Shown here one piece after another: positions 10,307 through 17,766 of a stretch of DNA of 17,766 nt. Each line of letters begins with the position of its first letter. Positions within the stretch are counted from its first letter, which is position 1. The stretch is from Octopus sinensis (taxonomy: Eukaryota): the NCBI RefSeq assembly GCF_006345805.1, contig NW_021824756.1:1-17766 (forward strand), in the 5' to 3' direction. The position numbers and the translations under genes were made by a program. Under the pieces are notes generated by a model. That model saw only the letters and a program-made list of their open reading frames with translations, was not told where the DNA came from and did no database searches.

Positions 10307-10397
10307 CAGTAATCCCACGACTATCGCGGGTGTTACGTTCCAAAACACTCCGCGATAGGTGAAATCGGCGAAGCGGACACAGTACGGTACTGTGCAT
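10307..10397 (+). mobile_element. Tigger/pogo-like terminal fragment (duplicate of 6835-6925)
   Basis: Identical to 6835-6925. Confidence 0.5.
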
Positions 10398-10416
10398 TTT
10401 TAAAATTATTTTTATA

Positions 10417-10710
10417 ATTTATTCTTTTACACGTTTCAGTCATTTGACTGTAGCCATGCTGGATCACCGCCTTTAGTCGAACAAATCTACCCCAGGGCTT
10501 ATTCTTTGTAAGCCTAGTACTTATTCCATCGGTCTCTTTTGCCGACCTGGGCTTCTTTCAGTTTCCGTCTTCTAAATCTACTCACAAGGCTTTGGTCGGT
10601 CCGAGGCTATAGTAGAACACACTTTCCCAAGGTGCCACGCAGTGGAGCTGAACCCGGAACCGAGTGGTTGGGAGCAAGCTTCTTAGCACACAGCCACGCC
10701 GGCACCTGTA
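10417..10710 (-). mobile_element. Family A SINE with central deletion
   Basis: The 3' part (10417-10547) is joined directly to the 5' part (10548-10710). Confidence 0.85.
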
Positions 10711-11070
10711 TATATTTATTTTATCATAAATGCAACACAACACCACGGAGGAATCGACGTAAGCTTAAATAATAAACCGCCATAGGTGAACCGCAAGAAA
10801 TTCATCTAGTGAAAAATAAGAGTAGAAATGTGCAACGAAACAACAACCATTTGAAGCATATTCACAATGAAAATACATACACAAATGAAAGGAATAGAAG
10901 ATATGACGTTTCGGATTAATATTTCATCAAGGTCGAAGTAAAATAAGAGATTTCAGAAAAGAGGAAATGGAAACGATACTGAATTTATGTCTGTCTATAA
11001 ATTAGTCTTAATGTGCGCAAATGTTGTATGTGTCTGTGTACATATATAAACAAATATATGTACATATACG

Positions 11071-11146
11071 TATATATATATATATATATCAGATAGATAT
11101 AGATAGATAGATAGATAGATAGATAGATTAGATAGATAGATATCAT

Positions 11147-11181
<35 letters not shown>

Positions 11182-11420
11182 TTTATATATATATATATAT
11201 ATACATCTTTATATATATATATATATATAATATATATATATATACAATATATATATATATATATATATATGATACATACAATACATACATACATACATAC
11301 ATACATACATGTACATATATATATAATACATCTTTATATATATCAGCACGCGCACACACACACACAGATACACAACGCGCGCACATATGTACCTATGTGT
11401 GTGTGTATGTATGTATGTTT
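11071..11420. repeat. Compound (TA)n/(GATA)n/(TACA)n tract with recurring catctttata spacer
   Basis: Directly visible. Confidence 0.9.
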
Positions 11421-11567
11421 CTTACTGCCTCCCATCCATTAGAAAAGTTCATATTTTGTCTTTTTGGCGGTGTGAAGCATTGATTAATTATTTACTAACC
11501 TATATAAAGTGTAGCGTGAAATTTTCAAATCCAGTTAAAGTTTAGTATTCTGTATTATATTCATGGT

Positions 11568-11858
11568 GGAGGCACATGGCCTAGTGGTTAGAGCAGCGGA
11601 CTCGCGGTCGAAGGATCGCGGGTTCGAATCTCAGACCGGGCTATGTGTGTGTTTGTGTGTCTGTGTTTGTCCCCCACCCCCAACTTCGCTTGACAACCGA
11701 TGCTGGTGTGTTTATGTCCCCGTAACTTAGCGGTTCGGCAAAAGAGACCGATAGAATAAGTACTAGGCTTACAACGAATAAGTCCTGGGATCGATTTGCT
11801 AGACTAAAGGCGGTGCTCCAGCACGGCCGCAGTCAAAGGACTGAAAGAAGTAAAAGAG
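11568..11858 (+). mobile_element. SINE with distinct tRNA-like head (family C) joined to a family A 3' half
   Basis: A box tggcctagtgg and B box ggttcgaatc. After tgtgtgtgttt the sequence matches the family A 3' half. Confidence 0.8.
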
Positions 11859-11894
<36 letters not shown>

Positions 11895-11904
11895 TTACAT
11901 AACT

Positions 11905-12185
11905 TTCATCACTATCATCATCATTATGAACATTATCACTATCGTAAATATCATTGCAATCATCATTATCTGAGCCATCCACGATACTACAATCAACAAG
12001 ATGATAGCCCACATCACTGTCATTGTCAGCGCCGTCGTCGTCGAGATAATTATACTACAGCAGCTTCATTATTAAGATAATCAGCATCATCATCACTTTC
12101 AACACCAACTTCATCATCATTATCATCATGATCATGTGTTATCATTACCGTCGCCGTCTTCATCGCCACCTCCAACAACAACCAA
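11905..12185. repeat. Degenerate (ATC)n-like trinucleotide region
   Basis: Recurrent catcat/atcatt/cgtcgt triplets. Confidence 0.7.
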
Positions 12186-12417
12186 ATCAGCGAAAATATC
12201 AACAATGTCGCAACCCAAACAAAAACATTTCCCGTTCCTTTTGTTTTCTGAAATAGTCGATCTAAAAGCTATGCTGTAAAGATGTAAGACATCAAAAGGA
12301 AGTGTTACAGATGTGTGACGCAATCAAACGGATTTCTATTTACATGTAGTCAGCGAAGGGCTAAGAGAGGTGGTTGTTTAATACACCAGTTCACGTGATT
12401 GTTGATTGTTTGCACAA

Positions 12418-12447
12418 CATACATACATACATACATACATACATACA

Positions 12448-12475
<28 letters not shown>
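12418..12475. repeat. (CATA)n microsatellite
   Basis: Directly visible. Confidence 0.95.
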
Positions 12476-12478
<3 letters not shown>

Positions 12479-12670
12479 GCATACATACGTAGGTAGGTAG
12501 GTGTACATTATAACTAATATCATCGATATATATATATATATATATATGTGTATATATAAAAATATTACGAGATATGTTTTAACTTTATTGTGCATTATCA
12601 TCATTTTTAGTTTATATATTATATTTGATTGTGTGTGTGTGTGTGCATGGGTGCGTATATATAGATATGT

Positions 12671-12992
12671 GAGGGCGCGTGGCTTAGTGGTTAGGGCATT
12701 CGGCTCATGATCGTAAGGTTGTGAGTTCGATTCCCGGCAACGCGTTGTGTCCCTGAGCAAGACACTTTATTTCACGTTGCTCCAGTCCACTCAGCTGGCA
12801 AAAATGAGTTGTACTTGTATTTTCAAAGGGTCAGCCTTGTCACTCTCTGTGTCACGCTGATTTTCCCCGAGAACTACGTTAAGGGTACACGTGTCTGTGG
12901 AATGCTCAGCCATTTGCACGTTAATTTCACGAGCAAGCTGTTCCGTTGATCGTATCAGCTGGGACCCTCGTCGTCGTAACCGGCGGAGTCTT
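12671..12992 (+). mobile_element. tRNA-derived SINE, family D
   Basis: A box tggcttagtgg, B box gagttcgattcc, then ttgtgtccctgagcaagacacttta typical of SINE central domains. Possible TSD atatatagatat at 12657-12668 and 12995-13006 (low complexity). Confidence 0.8.
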
Positions 12993-13011
12993 CGATATAT
13001 AGATATATATT

Positions 13012-14050
13012 ATCTTGTACTGGTTTCAGCACGAGACTGAGGTCTTGCTGGTGCACCACCTGCAGTTATTCGGTGTTGTTTCCGGTATTGTTTTGTTTTT
13101 GGTGAAGTAGCGAGTTGGACGGAGCTGCTCTTCTTTGCATTTCCTCTCGCAATGTGGGTTCATCTGGTATCTCAGATAGAAACCTGTCCAGACGTTCCTT
13201 GAAAACTTCCACATCAACACCATGTAGATCTCTAAGATTGCCTGGCAGGATGTTGAACAATTGCGGGGCCTTGAATTCTCCTCAGAATCCAGCAAGCCAC
13301 TCGCATGCACAGTGTTGACATCTTGGTAATATGCACATGGAATGTTGCATCATTGCTCATGTGAACTCCTAGGTCACACACCGACTCTGACTCTGGGATC
13401 GTGTTACCTTCTGGTCCAGTATTCCGATTTTAGTCTGGTGTTGCACCGATAGTGGAGTGCTTGAAATCTCACAGCATAGAACTGCATGTTATTTTTGTTA
13501 GCCCATTTGTATATTTCATTCAGGTCATTCTGCAGTTTTATGATGCCCTCTGGGTTCCGAACTGCCTCTCGATACTTTCGTTTCGTCAGCATAACTGGTC
13601 AGATTGGCTGATTGTACCGCGGAGGGCATGTCTGAGAGGGCTACCACAAATAGGAGTGACCCCAATACAGTTCCCTGTAGGACTACACTGCGAATTTGTG
13701 TCTCTTCAGAGTGAGCACCATTGGCTACAACTGTCTGACTCCTGCCCTTCAGAAAATCACGCAGCCACTCTCCTAGTTTCCCGGTAATACCAAGGTTTTT
13801 CAGTTTATGACATATGCCATTATCAAGCTTGTCGAAGGCCTTGACAAACTGAAGGTATATCTACAGCTAACTGTTTCAGTACCCAGTCAAAGTGCTGCAG
13901 CAACTGTGTGAAGCAGCTCCTCCCTAGATGGAAGCCATGTTGCGTGTTTATGAGAAGGTTGTTTTCTTCTAGGAACGTGATCAGCCTTTTTCTGACAATG
14001 CGTTCCATCATCTTGCTAATACGTGAGACCAGAGAGATGGGACTGTAGTT
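13012..14050 (-). mobile_element. Decayed CR1-group LINE: reverse transcriptase and ORF2 C-terminal fragments plus 3' end
   Basis: Minus-strand peptides NYSPISLVSRISKMMERIV..QHGFHLGRSCFTQLL, LQGTVLGSLLF (within 13648-13689), YADETK (YADD-like; YADE at 13582-13593), LQNDLNEIYKWANKNNMQF and LFNILP..FKERLDRFLSEIPDEP. Multiple frameshifts and deletions. Confidence 0.9.
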
Positions 14051-14187
14051 TCTGTTTACCAAATTCACTCTCAAAGCATTGATCGGCCTGGGGCTAAAGT
14101 CGAAGGCACTTGTTAAGGTGCCACGCTGTGGGACTGGACCCGAAATCACGTGACTGCAGAGGAAGCTTCTTAACCAGAAAGCCACCC
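14046..14187 (-). mobile_element. Family A-like SINE 5' head (diverged)
   Basis: Minus strand gtggctttctggttaagaagctt..cagtcccacagcgtggcacctt..gagtgaatttggtaaacagaaact matches the head of 2339-2480. Confidence 0.75.
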
Positions 14188-14302
14188 TTAGTATAAAAGT
14201 ATAAAATTAGTGGAATTGAAATACACTTGTTATGTGTACTAATGTGTTGGATGAAGTGTCATTCGTATGAAAGGTATTGTATCCCTAAAATATTTATATA
14301 TA

Positions 14303-14868
14303 TTGGGTTGGCCGGAAAGTTCCTGCCGATTTATAGTAGCTTACATTTCAACTTATTTTAGAACATGGTTGAGTCCATAAAATAGGATTTGACTACACAT
14401 CCATTTAGAGCACAGTTTAAGCTAGCTTTTCGTGCTAGAAGATTTTTGTTCCTATAACCTGTGTTAATTTTATAACCCTTTAAAATAGAAGATAAGAAAG
14501 TTCATTTTCGACACTTGATGCTTTGGGAACCAGAAAAAAATTGCTGCAGCTCGGCTGGTATGTGTTACCCCATCCTCCACATTCACCAGATATTGCTCCT
14601 TCGGATTTCCACTTATTCAAGTCTCTGCAGAATAGTCTTAATGGTAAAAATTTCAATTCCTTGGATGACGTAAAAAGATACCTCGATGAATTCTTTGCCA
14701 TGAAACCACCTCAATTCTGGGAAGAGGGTATTTTCAAGTTAAAGGAAAGATGGAGACGCATTGTGCAACAAAATGGTTCATATTTGGTTGATTAAAAATG
14801 TAATGGCAAGTATTTATTGACCTTTTCCTTTCCTTTAAGAATTGGCACAAACTTTCCGGACAAACCAA
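14303..14868 (+). mobile_element. Internally deleted mariner transposon (566 bp), both TIRs, TA target duplication
   Basis: Left TIR ttgggttggccggaaagttcctgccgatt; right TIR reverse complement ttggtttgtccggaaagtttgtgccaatt. TA at 14301-14302 and 14869-14870. Confidence 0.92.
14485..14795 (+). pseudogene. Mariner transposase remnant: N-terminus fused out of frame to C-terminus
   Basis: (ATA)EDKKVHFRHLMLWE, then in another frame TRKKLLQLGWYVLPHPPHSPDIAPSDFHLFKSLQNSL, which matches the mariner YSPDLAPSD motif. Confidence 0.9.
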
Positions 14869-15435
14869 TATTTCGCTCTCAAATGTTCCCACACGTCTCA
14901 GGAAAAAGTCTGCCGCACAACAAAGATATGATTAAAGAAAATAACAGGCACCTGGAATATGAGCTTGAAAATTTTAAACCCAGTCAAACTCTCATTCTTA
15001 CACCAAGCGTGGCGATTGAGAATAACCCGCAATCTCCTAGATCAAGTTCCCTATGCCTCAGTTGCTCCTTGATATTTTGTACTGCAGTGGTGTCTTTTTT
15101 GGCCAGTTGTTGTATGTTTGGGTATACTTAGGAAGTAAAAACAATAACTTTAATACGAATGAATGACGTACGTCAGCTAACACGTCTGCACACAGCAAGT
15201 TTGCAATTTCACTCATGTTACACTGATGTCGCTACGTGGTATCTTGTCATCTCATAAAAGTTTCCAGTTGATCGTGAACATTTTAGGGAAAGTTCATCTA
15301 CAGAGTTCATTTGATACATATTTACTATCACTGTTTCACAATCGTACATTTATGTTGCGATAACTACAGTATTATAACCTGAATCTTGTTTTAAGTGAAA
15401 CACACACACAAACACACATTATATAAATTTATATG

Positions 15436-15507
15436 TAATGCATGTATGTATGTATGTATATATGTATGTATGCATGTTTGTATGTATGTATGTATGTATT
15501 ATGTATG
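15436..15507. repeat. (TATG)n microsatellite
   Basis: Directly visible. Confidence 0.9.
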
Positions 15508-15807
15508 AGTCTTGCCAGCTAAGAAGAATATGCTTCACTGAGAAGTTTAATAAGAACGAAAATATCTACTGCTTTCATTAGAGCATTAATGAATTTTCCA
15601 TGCTTTCTAAAAACTTCAGTTTAATGATTTCTTATCTCTCATATCCACCTTTTTGGCCTTTAGATTTGGTACATTCATAAAGGAAGGTTTTGTTCATTAT
15701 TTGCATACATGATTGCATAATTCTAATTAAACGAATTGTCATTCTCTAATTAAAAGATCTTAACTTTATATATATATATATATAGATATATATATATATT
15801 ATATATC

Positions 15808-16419
15808 TCGTCGTCATCATCATCGTCATCATTTAATGTCTGTTTTCCATGCTGGCGTGGGTTGGACGGTTTGGCAGGAGCTGACCAGTTGAAGGGCTGT
15901 TCAGGTCCCCTGTCTATTTTGGTATAGTTTCTACGGTTGGATGCTCTTCTTAACGCCAACCACTTTACAGAGTGCACTGGGTACTTTTTTTACGTGACGC
16001 CAGCACCTACAAGCCCACAAGATTAGGGATACTCAGCTGGAGAGGGTTACAGGGAATGGGCCTCTATGCAAGGGCAACCACACTTAAGCTTTACTTAGCT
16101 TGACGTGTCTTTTCAAGCACAGCAAACAGCCAGAAGTCTCGATCTCCTGTCATCCCCTCCATGACTCCCAACGCCTGTAGATTCTTTCTCACCACTTCGT
16201 CCCACGTCTTCCGCGGTCTACGCTTTCCACATGTTCCCTCTACAATTAGAGATAATCACCTCTTGACGCAATTGTCTTCATTCATACGCATTACATGGCC
16301 ATACTAGGACAGTCTTCTCTCTTTCACACTACATCTCATCCTATGTATACCCAGATTTTTTCTCAACTCTGTCGCATATGCACATTGACATAACCCATCC
16401 AGCGTGGTATACTGGCTTC
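15808..16419 (-). mobile_element. RTE-clade LINE 3' fragment (ORF C-terminus, 3' UTR, (GAT)n tail)
   Basis: Minus-strand translation ERRLS*YGHVMRMNEDNCVKR*..VEGTCGKRRPRKTWDEVVRKNL..DRDFWLFAV ends at TAA 16091-16093. Tail is gatgacgatgatgatgacgac. In-frame stops are present. Confidence 0.88.
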
Positions 16420-16530
16420 GTATATATGTGTGTGTGTTAAATAATGAGGATAGAAATTAATATTAATTAATTAATATCAGTTTATACCAGTGGCCCAGCA
16501 TACTTTAAAAATCCGGAGATTAAGAAATTA

Positions 16531-16906
16531 TAGGTGTAGGAGTGGTTGTGTGGTAAGTAGCTTGCTTACGAACCACATGGTTTCGGATTCTTCTACTATA
16601 GGTTCGGGCCGTCCAAAGCCTTGTGAGTGGATTTGGTAGACGGAAACTGAAAGAAGCCCGTCGTATATATGTATATAAATATGTATGTGTGTATATGTTT
16701 GTGTGTCTGTGTTTGTCCCACCAACAGTGCTTGACAACAGATGCCGGTGTGTTTACGTCCTCGTAACTTAGCGGTTCAGCAAAAGGGACCGATAGAATAA
16801 GTACTAGGCTTACAAAGAACAAGTTCTGGGGTCGATTTGCTCGACTAAAGGTGGTGCTCCAGCATGGCCACAGTTAAATGACTGAAACAAGTAAATGAGT
16901 AAAAGA

Positions 16907-16907
<1 letters not shown>
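16531..16907 (+). mobile_element. Family A SINE with small deletion in head
   Basis: Aligns end to end with 2339-2850 but lacks the cagtcccact..ggcaagtg segment. Confidence 0.88.
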
Positions 16908-16955
<48 letters not shown>

Positions 16956-17006
16956 TGACTGGACAAACGAAACACAGGCACTCAGCACAGTAAGACTGAC
17001 ATATAG

Positions 17007-17121
17007 TATTATTTAAAACAGTTTTATTCCGCTTCACGCGACTTAAAGTTTCGCAGGCCTCTAGAAAGAAACCTGAACACCTTAAGCCGCATGAAACCGA
17101 ATCAAACTGGTTTAAATAATA
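17007..17121 (-). other. 115-nt imperfect hairpin (structured RNA or tiny palindromic element)
   Basis: Arms of ~55 nt around a 4-nt loop; see findings. Confidence 0.7.
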
Positions 17122-17124
17122 ATA

Positions 17125-17203
<79 letters not shown>
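17116..17203. repeat. (TAA)n microsatellite
   Basis: Directly visible. Confidence 0.95.
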
Positions 17204-17206
<3 letters not shown>

Positions 17207-17639
17207 ACGAAGAATATATATATATGCATATATGTGTATGTGTGCATGAATACATACACATACATATAATAGTACAATTAAATGAATTCTTTGATTTTCA
17301 TAAATCTTTCAATTTTCTTCTCTTATGTTATTTATTTATTTATTTTTTACCTCCTATATTCATTTCACAACGTTCTAATATAATATCATAATTTCTTTTG
17401 CAGAATTCATTTGCCAAGCGCCATAAGTTTTCGAACAATTGGAGAGGTTCACAAATAGAAAGAAAAAAAAAAGATAAATAACATATTTTGCCAAAAGGAA
17501 CAGAGCAACACAAAGAAACAAAAAGAAACAAAAATCAGAACGAAATATCCTTTTGTACCGATTTTAATATAACTTTGTTCGTCCATAAATATATCTCTTT
17601 ATATTTCTTATATATGTATCTTTCTCTTTTTCTCTCTCT

Positions 17640-17700
17640 CCTTCTCTCTCCCCTTCTCTCTCCCCTTCTCTCTCCCCTTCTCTCTCCCCTTCTCTCTCTC
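17640..17700. repeat. 12-bp minisatellite (ccccttctctct) x ~5
   Basis: Directly visible. Confidence 0.9.
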
Positions 17701-17766
17701 GTTCTCCATACAAAACACACAGACACACACAAATATACATACATTCAGAGAAACGTACACAAACAC

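Larger units (their letters stand above)
9236..11142 (+). repeat. Tandem segmental duplication, copy 2 (lacks equivalent of 7076-8609)
   Basis: Junction gccgacc|tgggcttc at 10547/10548 joins the copy-1 equivalents of positions 7075 and 8610. Confidence 0.9.

Noticed and set aside
11568-11640. Apparent tRNA gene
   Set aside because: A and B boxes are present, but there is no acceptor stem pairing and it continues into a SINE body.
12671-12745. Apparent tRNA gene
   Set aside because: SINE head: imperfect cloverleaf followed by SINE central domain.
14523-14795. 90-aa ORF as an intact gene or SETMAR-like domesticated exon
   Set aside because: Lies between mariner TIRs, starts at a non-ATG deletion junction, and lacks most of the DNA-binding and catalytic domains.

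Overview
Eukaryotic, very AT-rich, repeat-saturated non-coding DNA. The SINE repertoire and microsatellite load suggest an octopus or other coleoid cephalopod; this is inference from recalled repeat families. No intact protein-coding gene is supported, and almost all listed ORFs are translations of (TA)n/(CA)n/(GATA)n tracts or SINEs. Recognisable content: several tRNA-derived SINE families (including a TSD-flanked dimer and two chimeras), a decayed CR1-type LINE, an RTE-type LINE 3' end, an internally deleted mariner with both TIRs, a Tigger-like end, and a 3.46-kb tandem duplication whose second copy lacks 1.5 kb (possibly an assembly artefact). The most interesting signal is RNA-structural. 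Two unrelated ORF-less elements (about 1823-2192 and 7213-8338) each carry type I hammerhead-ribozyme motifs with palindromic helix III, arranged as divergent inverted pairs as in Penelope-like or retrozyme elements. One has a compensatory U3-A8 core. A 115-nt hairpin at 17007-17121 has transition mismatches that are all G-U compatible on the minus strand only.
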